A stretch of DNA of 64,000 bases from Parcubacteria bacterium C7867-005 (GTDB lineage: Bacteria > Patescibacteriota > Minisyncoccia > Phycocordibacterales > Zambryskibacteraceae). The DNA is taken from assembly GCA_001189165.1 (NCBI GenBank), contig LFCO01000001.1, forward strand, positions 10,987 through 74,986, written 5' to 3'. Below the pieces are notes generated by a model that was given only the letters and a program-made list of their open reading frames with translations, was not told the origin of the DNA and searched no databases. Numbering within the stretch: the stretch's first letter is position 1; each line of letters starts with the position of its first letter. Shown piece after piece: positions 51,665 to 60,124 of the stretch. A program made the translations under genes and the position numbers.

Positions 51665-52621
51665 ATGAGTCAAGGTTTCTGGAACAAATTAAAAAAACCA
51701 ATCATGGTTCTCGCGCCGATGGCAGATGTCACTGATCCGGCCTTTCGACGTATTATCGCTCGGCATGGTAAACCAGACGTCACTTGGACCGAGTTCGTTT
51801 CTGCTGATGGTCTTGTCCTCGCACCAGAAGAGGGTAGGAAGAAACTCTTGAAAGATTTGGAATACTCTGAATCCGAGCGTCCAATCGTCGCTCAATTCTT
51901 CACCTCATCTCCAGAAAATATGGAGAAGGCAGCTAGACTCGCACGTGAGCTTGGGTTTGATGGCATAGATATAAATATGGGTTGTCCAGACAAGAGCATA
52001 GAGAAGCAGTGTGCTGGTGCTGCGCTCATCAAGAATCCAAAGCTCGCTCGGGAGTTAATTCGTTCTGCTAAACTCGGTGCGGGGGATCTGCCTGTATCTG
52101 TGAAAACCCGTGTTGGGTACAACAAAGAAGAACTCGATATATGGATAAAAGAGATACTCAGTGAATCCCCAGCCGTGCTCACGGTCCATGCGCGTACGAG
52201 GAAGGAGATGTCCAAAGTCCCCGCACGTTGGGAGCTAGTGAAGAGAGTGGTAGAGATGAGGGATGAGCTCGGTGTAGACACTTTGATACTGGGGAATGGT
52301 GATGTAGTAGATATTGATGATGGCAGGAGGAAATGCGAAGAGACTGGCGCAGATGGGGTGATGCTCGGCAGGGCGATATTTGGTAACCCGTGGTTATTTG
52401 CAGAACATATACCCACCACTAGAGAGAAATTATTAGTGATGGTAGAGCATACAAAACTATTTGAAAAATTACTCGGCGAATACAAAAATTTCGCCATTAT
52501 GAAGAAACACTATAAGGCGTATGTGAACGGGTTTGAAGGAGCAGGGGAGCTTCGTGGTCAACTGATGCTGGCTGTAGATGCAAGGGGGGTCGAAGAAGTA
52601 GTCCACAACTATCTGAAATAG
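51665..52621 (+). CDS. dus: tRNA-dihydrouridine synthase
   Basis: LAPMA, DINMGCP, VHART, NGD, GRAIFGNPW; start reassigned to 51665. Confidence 0.93.
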   Translation: MSQGFWNKLKKPIMVLAPMADVTDPAFRRIIARHGKPDVTWTEFVSADGLVLAPEEGRKKLLKDLEYSESERPIVAQFFTSSPENMEKAARLARELGFDGIDINMGCPDKSIEKQCAGAALIKNPKLARELIRSAKLGAGDLPVSVKTRVGYNKEELDIWIKEILSESPAVLTVHARTRKEMSKVPARWELVKRVVEMRDELGVDTLILGNGDVVDIDDGRRKCEETGADGVMLGRAIFGNPWLFAEHIPTTREKLLVMVEHTKLFEKLLGEYKNFAIMKKHYKAYVNGFEGAGELRGQLMLAVDARGVEEVVHNYLK

Positions 52622-52745
52622 TGTTTTGACAGTCATCTTGCATATAGTATATTTAGATTTCTGGTGCTAAGCGGTAGCGGACAGACGTGTCTCTACGGAG
52701 CCCAGATCCTGCACCCTCAGTTCCATTCACCCCAGGAGGTTCACG

Positions 52746-52889
52746 GTGCCCCGACGTAACGCCCCGTCGTTCCACCTGAAGATCGCCCAGACCGCGTACC
52801 AGCAGGCGAAGGCCGGGATCCTCACCGGCAAGAGCGCGACCGATCCGCAGTACACCGACGGCGATTCCGCCGCGGCCATCCGCGCCTAG
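52746..52889 (+). CDS. 47-aa micro-protein MPRRNAPSFHLKIAQTAYQQAKAGILTGKSATDPQYTDGDSAAAIRA
   Basis: AGGAGG SD, GTG start, very high GC3, promoter TTGACA at 52626. Confidence 0.7.
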   Translation: MPRRNAPSFHLKIAQTAYQQAKAGILTGKSATDPQYTDGDSAAAIRA

Positions 52890-53157
52890 CACAAGGCGAA
52901 GAGCGCAACGCGCGGACACGAGGTACACCGACGCAAGACACACATCAGCGCCGGTGCGACCCAGATCGTCTTCCTGAAGTGAACACAACCGTCCGCAAGG
53001 ACACCTACCCGCACCGATTTCCATCGGTGCGAATCTTTTTATATAGGCTATTGACTTTATTTTGTATATATGCTAGGGTTAACTTGTTGAGGTCGAGCGA
53101 CAGGGAATCACCCTGTGAGGCCACAACAAGCACACTCCACTCGTTCGGAGGATCCAC

Positions 53158-53313
53158 ATGATCAGCCGCTCCCTCGCTCCGCCGTCCGTCGCGCTCCTCT
53201 CGGCCACCCACACGGGGGCCCGTATGAACACCATGGTCCATCGCGGCGCGAACATCGTCGGCATCGGCATCCACGGCTCGGGCGCGTCGCCCGCCGCCGG
53301 CTCCCGCGACTAG
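53158..53313 (+). CDS. 51-aa micro-protein MISRSLAPPSVALLSATHTGARMNTMVHRGANIVGIGIHGSGASPAAGSRD
   Basis: GGAGG SD, high GC3, promoter TTGACT-17-TAGGGT at 53051-53079. Confidence 0.65.
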   Translation: MISRSLAPPSVALLSATHTGARMNTMVHRGANIVGIGIHGSGASPAAGSRD

Positions 53314-53613
53314 CACGGCCGCGGCGCCGATCACTGTCATTCGACAGAAGGCATCAGCCCTTCGGTTGAACTGACGGCAACCTCTCGTGCTTCTCTGTAC
53401 GAGTAGGACTTCGTTCGAGTACGACTCGGGAGTGCCGACGGGGTGGATCGTTTGAATCCATCGCCGTCGGCACGACCCGACCCCCCGCGCACCCTAACCC
53501 GGTGCGTTTAACTTTTATAAAATTTCCCTGTGCGTGTATAATAAGATTCTGGTTGGGGATGCAGTTTGCAAACTCTAACCAGATGTTCTCACATCCTTCC
53601 ACGGAGTCCTGCC

Positions 53614-53736
53614 ATGAAAGACCGGCACTCGAGCACCAGACACCCGCGTATGGGAGTCACTCTCGAGACCAAGGGCCAGATGCGAAGCAAGACCGGCGGA
53701 TCCATCCGCTACATGTGGCCAACCCCAGGAGGCTGA
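53614..53736 (+). CDS. 40-aa micro-protein MKDRHSSTRHPRMGVTLETKGQMRSKTGGSIRYMWPTPGG
   Basis: GGAG SD, TATAAT at 53537, terminator 53766-53787. Confidence 0.55.
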   Translation: MKDRHSSTRHPRMGVTLETKGQMRSKTGGSIRYMWPTPGG

Positions 53737-53799
53737 TCCATGGAATACGGTGCGTGAACACCCCCGAGCGACTCATGTGAGTCGCTCTCTTTAATACAG

Positions 53800-53828
53800 T
53801 TGACAAAAATACGTATTGGGTTTATAAT
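53800..53828 (+). promoter_or_regulatory. Perfect consensus sigma70 promoter
   Basis: TTGACA-17-TATAAT. Confidence 0.9.
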
Positions 53829-53834
53829 GGTCGT

Positions 53835-53998
53835 TAGAGAAGTGAACAGTATGGCAGAGAATAGATGGAAGCCGGGGCGCGATCCGTGGTGAGTCGTCGG
53901 GGCCCGGAATCCCCGCCGTTCCACTCGGGTCCGCCTCGGCCCCGTCTGCCCATCCTTCGTTTACTCGTTCCATTTACACGGACCCTTCGGGGTCCTTT
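53835..53998 (+). ncRNA. Rod-shaped RNA with central bubble (6S-like candidate)
   Basis: Extended irregular hairpin, ends in cUUCGg hairpin plus T run. Confidence 0.55.
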
Positions 53999-54136
53999 GT
54001 GCTATATAAATTTTCAAAACAAACACCCCTTTACAAACCAAATTTTTTATGATAAGAAGATGTAAGAGGAAAGTGGTACCAAACTACTTTCGACTCAATC
54101 CGCCCTTTCAGTCTTCACGTTTCTCTAGGAGATCCC

Positions 54137-55009
54137 ATGCATCGCGCTCGGCTGTATCTCTTGCTTGCGGTGGGGATATTCCTCACCGCCTGCAGGAATG
54201 AGACCAACGTCTTCGGCCCCGGCAACGGTCCGAACGGACCGAATAACGGACCAGACGGTGGACGATCGGCGTTCGCATCGGCAGGCTTCAGGCCCGCTGA
54301 CACGACCATCGTGGTGAGCACCCGCTACCACGCTCTGGGCCAGATCTTCGTCGAGCAGGGTCGGTCACCGAACCTGCTCATCCGTACGAGGCAGTGCGTC
54401 CAGTACGTGGGCTCACCGCTCATCACCTGGACCGGCCAGTCTGGCTGGTACAACGTGGACGTCACCCTCCAGGGTGTGGCTACGTGCAGGGATTCGATCG
54501 TGTTCAAGTTCGCGCACGATACGACCATCACCACGTTCATCCGTGCGACGGTCGTCTCCGCTCCTGGTGGCCCCGGCATCCCCACGATGACGGTGACACC
54601 TCCGGGCGGTAGTGGTCCGGTCGGTACTGGTTCGCAGTCGAATTGCATCATCACTGGTGTCACTGACACGCGGTGCTGGGCATACTCGACGGATCCTTCA
54701 CGGATCGCTGTGGTTCAGAAGGATACAACCTTCGCAACCGCGACGAACCCGTGGACGGCCGGATCACATCTGTCCGGTGAGATCCGATTCATGTTCGCAG
54801 GTTCGGCGAATATCTGCAGGTACTGGGTCGTTGACCCACGAGTGGCACAGTGCCATCAGTGGAATGCGACGGTCCCGAGCCTGCAGTCGTCCGACATGAT
54901 GTCGGCGAGCTACGGACTTCGTGATGCGAAGCTGTCCGAAGAGGGCGGCCGTCTTTACGAGGTCGTCCTCGATCGGATGAAGCAGAACGGGGAGAAAATC
55001 CACCGGTAG
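54137..55009 (+). CDS. Putative lipoprotein, beta-rich and Cys-rich (GC-rich unit)
   Basis: Lipobox LTA-C, GPN linker, SD AGGAG. Confidence 0.75.
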   Translation: MHRARLYLLLAVGIFLTACRNETNVFGPGNGPNGPNNGPDGGRSAFASAGFRPADTTIVVSTRYHALGQIFVEQGRSPNLLIRTRQCVQYVGSPLITWTGQSGWYNVDVTLQGVATCRDSIVFKFAHDTTITTFIRATVVSAPGGPGIPTMTVTPPGGSGPVGTGSQSNCIITGVTDTRCWAYSTDPSRIAVVQKDTTFATATNPWTAGSHLSGEIRFMFAGSANICRYWVVDPRVAQCHQWNATVPSLQSSDMMSASYGLRDAKLSEEGGRLYEVVLDRMKQNGEKIHR

Positions 55010-55096
55010 CAAAAGACCCCAAAGGGGCGCCCAGCGATTAAGTTCGCTGGGCTTCTTATTTATATGAGTCTACAAATCGTTTGCTATACTAGACCC

Positions 55097-56140
55097 ATGA
55101 AAAAAGTAGAGAAACAGGAACAAGTTTTTTACAGAAAATATCGTCCACAGATTTTCAAAGAGGTGATCGGCGAAGATCATATAGTCAAAGTATTGGAGGG
55201 AGCGATCAAGCTTGGTAACATTTCTCATGCATATCTTTTCTCTGGTGCGCGAGGTACAGGTAAAACTTCTGTGGCGAGGATCCTCTCGCGTGAGTTGGGT
55301 ACGAATGCTTCAGATCTATACGAGATGGACGCCGCCTCTAACAGGGGGATAGATGATATCCGCAGTATCCGAGAATCTGTCTCCACACTTCCTTTTGAAT
55401 CCAAGTTCAAAGTTTATATCATCGACGAAGTTCACATGCTCACCAAAGATGCGTGGAATGCATTTTTGAAAACCCTTGAGGAACCACCAGCACACGTTGT
55501 CTTTATACTTGCGACTACAGAGATAGAGAAAGTTCCGGAGACGGTCGTCTCTCGTTGTCAGACATTTGTATTCAGAGCTCCGAATCAAAAAGTGTTGAAA
55601 GAATTTGTAGTTAATATCGCCAAGAAAGAAGGGTTCGTCCTGGCACCAGATGCTGTAGAACTCGTCGCCATACTCGGGGATGGGTCGTTCAGAGATACTC
55701 ATGGGATACTCGAGAAGGTTCTATCTTCGACAACAGATAAAAAGATCACTAGAGAAGAAGTAGAAGCGGTCACCGGTGCACCAAAGTCCAAACTTGTGAA
55801 GGATATCTTGGAGTCGGTGGTACTGCAAGATTTGCCCAAGGGTCTCTCTGCGGTGGGGCAGGCGAGTACATCGAATGCAGATATGAAGCTCTTTACCAAA
55901 CTTATCCTCGAGCGTTTGCGGTTTCTTTTTCTTCTGCGTCTGAAGACAGGTATGGATGAACATATCAAAGAAGAAGTGTCTGAGGATGATTTTGAATTCC
56001 TCACAGACCTCGCAAGTAAAGCTGGTCAGAGTATGACTGGTTCGGTGCTCCTCCGTTTTATTCAAGCATACGAAGATACAGGTCGAACAACTATCCCCGA
56101 ACTTGCCCTCGAGCTCGCACTAACTGATGTCATTAAATAA
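55097..56140 (+). CDS. dnaX: DNA polymerase III gamma/tau (short form)
   Basis: YRKYRP, GARGTGKT, IIDEVH, SRC; start reassigned to 55097. Confidence 0.96.
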   Translation: MKKVEKQEQVFYRKYRPQIFKEVIGEDHIVKVLEGAIKLGNISHAYLFSGARGTGKTSVARILSRELGTNASDLYEMDAASNRGIDDIRSIRESVSTLPFESKFKVYIIDEVHMLTKDAWNAFLKTLEEPPAHVVFILATTEIEKVPETVVSRCQTFVFRAPNQKVLKEFVVNIAKKEGFVLAPDAVELVAILGDGSFRDTHGILEKVLSSTTDKKITREEVEAVTGAPKSKLVKDILESVVLQDLPKGLSAVGQASTSNADMKLFTKLILERLRFLFLLRLKTGMDEHIKEEVSEDDFEFLTDLASKAGQSMTGSVLLRFIQAYEDTGRTTIPELALELALTDVIK

Positions 56141-56155
56141 TTAAAGAAGCCACCT

Positions 56156-56662
56156 CTACGAGGTGGCCTGCTTGGTGGGGGATCCAGTCCACCAAGAACG
56201 GATCTGTTCCACGAACCCGATGAAGTAGCCGATGATACAGAAGATGATCATCACGGCGACGGCCACTGGTCCGAGGATGAAGGACACAGTTTCCATAATC
56301 CAGAAATGGAAGTGCCCTCTGTTCATCTCGAAGTACACTTCTTCGTGGAGACCCTTCTCTCGGATCTCTTTGAAGGAGTAGTTCCGCTTGCTTCCGCCGA
56401 AGAACCCATCATCCCACACGGCCATCATGATCTCGATGTCGTTGAAACGATGTACCTTGCCACCCGGGAGGTGGCAGAGCATGTCATCGGTAAAGCACTT
56501 CAGGATGTCTGTCCAGGAATCGACCTCTCCGCCGTTCACGACGAAGGAGAGGAAGCTCAGGATGTACCATCCGAAGAGCGAGACGCCGAGCCAGCCGAGC
56601 ACGAAGAGGATCTGGAGCCAGAGCGACCAGCTGACGAAGGTGTCGAGCATGTTCGAGAGCAC
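56156..56662 (-). CDS. Hypothetical membrane protein (GC-rich unit)
   Basis: Two TMs, SD GGAG, high GC3. Confidence 0.65.
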   Translation of the reverse strand: MLSNMLDTFVSWSLWLQILFVLGWLGVSLFGWYILSFLSFVVNGGEVDSWTDILKCFTDDMLCHLPGGKVHRFNDIEIMMAVWDDGFFGGSKRNYSFKEIREKGLHEEVYFEMNRGHFHFWIMETVSFILGPVAVAVMIIFCIIGYFIGFVEQIRSWWTGSPTKQATS

Positions 56663-56794
56663 GGGGTCTCCGTTTGTGGAGGGAGGGGGAACTCAAGTCC
56701 TATCTGAAATTACCTTATATATAACAAGTGGTCAATATTAAATAACTTAGTCAAGTTTATTGACTATTCAAGACGGAGGAGTAATATACTCGAC

Positions 56795-57150
56795 TAGGCA
56801 GTACGTTTGGGGTAACTGGTCATACTTGCCGCTAAGAGAGAGGCTGGAGCTAAGCTTAACGAGGGCACTTCCCAGTTAACCCTAGTTGAGCTAACTCGAT
56901 TCCCAGAAGGGGGAAATTCCGGAGAATGCTCCTACGGACCCCGACGCAAGTTAAGGTGGTTGTGAACTGAGGCTTTACCACCGAAGACGACGCGAGCGAT
57001 GTTCTATCGCTCAGGGACAAGTCACCAAAAGCTGGATGACGCCATCGCAAGTGGCAAACATCAATGAGGGGTAGCGCCCTTACCAGCATAGACTAAAAGC
57101 GACCAGACCCACCTGGGGCACACCGAAACATTGGTGTGCCCCTTGAACTT
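56795..57150 (+). ncRNA. Candidate large structured ncRNA (about 350 nt)
   Basis: TTGACT at 56760 with TAATAT at 56782, closing helix CTGGTC/GACCAG, many hairpins, terminator 57115-57142. Confidence 0.55.
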
Positions 57151-57229
57151 TTATATAAGTCCATCTTTTGTTGTTTTTGGAATAATACGTGATTGAATTG
57201 AGGCCAGAATTAAAGTATTCTGGCTACAT

Positions 57230-57303
57230 TGGGGGATCGTCTAATGGTAGGACAGAAGCCTTTGAAGCTTCTAATCTTGGTTCGATTCCAAGTCCCCCAG
57301 CCA
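57230..57303 (+). tRNA. tRNA-Gln(TTG)
   Basis: TGGGGGA/TCCCCCA stem, anticodon CT-TTG-AA, CCA. Confidence 0.96.
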
Positions 57304-57347
57304 GTTTGAGGTAGGTTCAGAGTTCGAGGAGCATATAAATAACTAAT

Positions 57348-58064
57348 ATGAAAGAGATCCAAGAAGATATAAATAAATTTAAAGAATTTGAATCAAAGGA
57401 AGTTAATGCTGCCATTAAGGAATTAGAAGGCATTACAACTGAATCAAACAGGAAACATTTGCAAAGACTTGTTTATGTTAACTTGGTTAACCGCTTCGAT
57501 GCTCTTGTTGATAATTTGTTGCTTAAGTTTTCAATACTTGACGGCCTATTTAAAGTAAAGGTCTTGCAAGAGACAAAGGGTGAAGAAGTATTTCTCAAGG
57601 ATATTTATGAAATTTTGCTATCTGAAAATCCAAAAAATGCCGTACAACAACGAGTAGAAAATGTAGCTAGAGGTAAATTTTTAAGCCAAAGACACTCTTT
57701 AAAACTAAGAACCCTTTTATTTTTTTGCTTTTCTTGGCCAGAGACTGATCTTGATAGGCCGAGAGTTTTCACTAATAATGGATCAATCTTTGTCGACAAT
57801 AAAAGATTAAAACCTTATCAAATACCAGACACTGTAATTGGGTATGCTGATTGGTTGTATGCTAGACGTAACGCACTTGTGCATGGCGATGGAAAAAAAC
57901 TAGCTTCAAAAGATCTGGGATTTATGCAACAAAAGTTTGGTGCGAAACCCGCCTCTACGATAAGTTTGAAAATATCTTCAATTAAATCTGCTGTTCGGTT
58001 TTATAATGATCTATGCGAAGCTCTTTCAGTGCCCCAAGACTTAGTCCGAGGTGCATTAGAATGA
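57348..58064 (+). CDS. AT-rich HEPN-like protein
   Basis: RNALVH = Rx4H motif in a helical protein. Confidence 0.55.
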   Translation: MKEIQEDINKFKEFESKEVNAAIKELEGITTESNRKHLQRLVYVNLVNRFDALVDNLLLKFSILDGLFKVKVLQETKGEEVFLKDIYEILLSENPKNAVQQRVENVARGKFLSQRHSLKLRTLLFFCFSWPETDLDRPRVFTNNGSIFVDNKRLKPYQIPDTVIGYADWLYARRNALVHGDGKKLASKDLGFMQQKFGAKPASTISLKISSIKSAVRFYNDLCEALSVPQDLVRGALE

Positions 58065-58156
58065 TTAAATATTTAATTGATAAAAGCCTTATAGGGTCTC
58101 ATTGGAAAATTAACGAACCCGAGGAGGCAGCCAAGTTTTGATCTATAATTGATTCT

Positions 58157-58696
58157 ATGAACTTTTATGTGGCAATTGAGATTATTGGTTCTCTTGTTTA
58201 CTTAACACAAAAGATTCTTCTAAGTTTTAGTAAGAGAGTTGGCTGGGTATTGGGGATCATGGGTTCTGCTGCTTTTGCGACTGTAACTTTCCATAAAGGT
58301 TCTTATGCATACGGAATACTTGAAGTTACAAGTGGTATAATTTTTTTCTTTGGATTGATTTTATGGGGTAAGTCTGGCGCGAAAGAAAAATGGATGACGT
58401 TTGCAATGAGTACTGTAGCCATACTCGGTATTATTTTGGTGTCAGTTCTCAATCTTGGATCTCCAAATTGGATACTTGAGACTTTAGTGGTGATACTTTT
58501 TGCAATTGGGGCGATTTTTCTTGTTCTCAAAAAACCAATAGGTTGGTTCCTATATGGACTAGGACATCTAGTACTAACCATATACGCTTACCAACTTGGG
58601 ACTTACTACATTATGATCTTGCAGGTAGTGTCTTTACCCTTTGCTTTTATCGGTTATAGGAGGTTTGGGTTGGTTAATCTGGTCCGATATTATTAG
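58157..58696 (+). CDS. PnuC-like nicotinamide riboside/vitamin transporter
   Basis: Two 3-TM repeats each with KxxGW. Confidence 0.6.
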   Translation: MNFYVAIEIIGSLVYLTQKILLSFSKRVGWVLGIMGSAAFATVTFHKGSYAYGILEVTSGIIFFFGLILWGKSGAKEKWMTFAMSTVAILGIILVSVLNLGSPNWILETLVVILFAIGAIFLVLKKPIGWFLYGLGHLVLTIYAYQLGTYYIMILQVVSLPFAFIGYRRFGLVNLVRYY

Positions 58697-58711
58697 TGTT
58701 AATATGACGAC

Positions 58712-58951
58712 ATGAGCGATATTGAAATTTGTCCAATTTGTAGGAAGTCGTACTCTTCCAGAAACCCAAGAGTTCAGTATCATCTCCAATACAAACCAAC
58801 CGGAGAATGGATTTATGCATGTAGGCTATGTAATTATGCTGAGCATCTTTCTAGACCGAGAAATTGGAAAGGGTGGTATAAACCATGGATCTGGTCTCGT
58901 ATAAAATTGACTAGAGAGTTCGCTAAAGCCAGTCCACATTTAACTTATTAG
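58712..58951 (+). CDS. Small zinc-binding HNH-like protein
   Basis: CPIC...H...CRLCNYAEH. Confidence 0.5.
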   Translation: MSDIEICPICRKSYSSRNPRVQYHLQYKPTGEWIYACRLCNYAEHLSRPRNWKGWYKPWIWSRIKLTREFAKASPHLTY

Positions 58952-59086
58952 ATAGACGCATTAGATATGTGGCTTAAGGTGCTGAAATTTAGCTAGTCCC
59001 GTCAAGTGGGGCTTGGTCCACTGGGGGTTCTAGCTCGAGACGGCTAGCAAATACTTGAAGTTTTAACTTTTGGTATAGTTAGTCAC

Positions 59087-59557
59087 ATGGCAAAAGTATG
59101 TGACCATACAAGTGTTGGAATGCTCGTTTGGAAAGAGGGGAAACTCCTTCTCATCGAAAGGAGGAAGTTTCCCTTTGGTTTTGCTATACCTGCAGGCCAC
59201 GTTGATGAAGACACAAGCTTTGAAAATGCAGCGATACGAGAGCTCAAAGAAGAAGTTGGGCTTGATGCAATAGATCTAGAACTAGTCATAGAAGGCAGAA
59301 AAGAAAATTTATGCAGGCGAGAAGACGGCTCTTGGCATTTCTGGAAAATATATAAAGTTGATAACAAAGGAGAACTAGAGCCAAGTTCTGAGGAGACAAA
59401 AAGAACGGGTTGGTACTCAAGTGAAGAGATCCAGAAATTAGGAGAGCGTACAGAAAAGTATCTGGCCGGGGAGATTTCTGATGAAGAGTGGGAGGGTGAT
59501 CCAGGGCTCGAACCAGTGATGTATAATTGGTTTAAAGAACTAAACATAATACGATGA
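59087..59557 (+). CDS. NUDIX hydrolase
   Basis: GHVDEDTSFENAAIRELKEEVGL Nudix box. Confidence 0.92.
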   Translation: MAKVCDHTSVGMLVWKEGKLLLIERRKFPFGFAIPAGHVDEDTSFENAAIRELKEEVGLDAIDLELVIEGRKENLCRREDGSWHFWKIYKVDNKGELEPSSEETKRTGWYSSEEIQKLGERTEKYLAGEISDEEWEGDPGLEPVMYNWFKELNIIR

Positions 59558-59964
59558 TGAAAATAACAATTTGTGGATCCATGAAATTTAATGACAAGTT
59601 CCTTGAACTAAAGAGCGAGCTGGAAGCTGTTGGCCACGAAGTCCTCATGCCGGTGGCCGTGAGCGGTCTAGATTATTGGGAGGATGATGGTACGAAACGT
59701 ATTGAGGCGAAGAAGGGTCTCGGACTCGTCGGGAAACATTTAGACAAAATTACCGAATCTGAAGCTATTCTGGTGGCAAATTATACTAAGGGAGACATTG
59801 AAAACTATATTGGGGCCAATACTTTTCTTGAGATGGGTTATGCAAAATATAAAGATAAAAAGATCTTTACTATCAATCCTTTACCTAACCAAAAATATAT
59901 TGATGATGAGTTGTTATCTTTTGAACCTGTTGTTTTGAATGGAGATATTTCTAAGATTGTATAA
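59554..59964 (+). CDS. Nucleoside 2-deoxyribosyltransferase-like protein
   Basis: KITICGSM, SEAILVAN, YIGANTFLEMGYA. Confidence 0.6.
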   Translation: MMKITICGSMKFNDKFLELKSELEAVGHEVLMPVAVSGLDYWEDDGTKRIEAKKGLGLVGKHLDKITESEAILVANYTKGDIENYIGANTFLEMGYAKYKDKKIFTINPLPNQKYIDDELLSFEPVVLNGDISKIV

Positions 59965-60124
59965 CCTAAATTAGCATGTCATCAATTGGGGGCTATCTGA
60001 CTGGCTAAATAAGTTAATTTAAAAAATCCAACTTCTGCATTGACTAATTATTTTATAATTGTATAGTCGGAGGTGTAGCGAGCTCATCCTGAGAGAGCTA
60101 CAAAACCTTAAGGAGGGTGACCCT

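Noticed and set aside
52653-53602. Track ORFs 52653..53024(-), 53005..53340(-), 53115..53369(+), 53354..53602(-)
   Set aside because: Shadows of the plus-strand SD-led micro-ORFs; they cross unit boundaries
53614-53736. Lasso peptide precursor (…LETK-G)
   Set aside because: No Asp/Glu at core positions 7-9 and no lasso peptidase or cyclase adjacent
57085-57165. Group I intron P7 (AGACTA...ATAAGTCC)
   Set aside because: Pairing is only about 4 bp, the 3' part lies past the terminator, and no interrupted host gene flanks it
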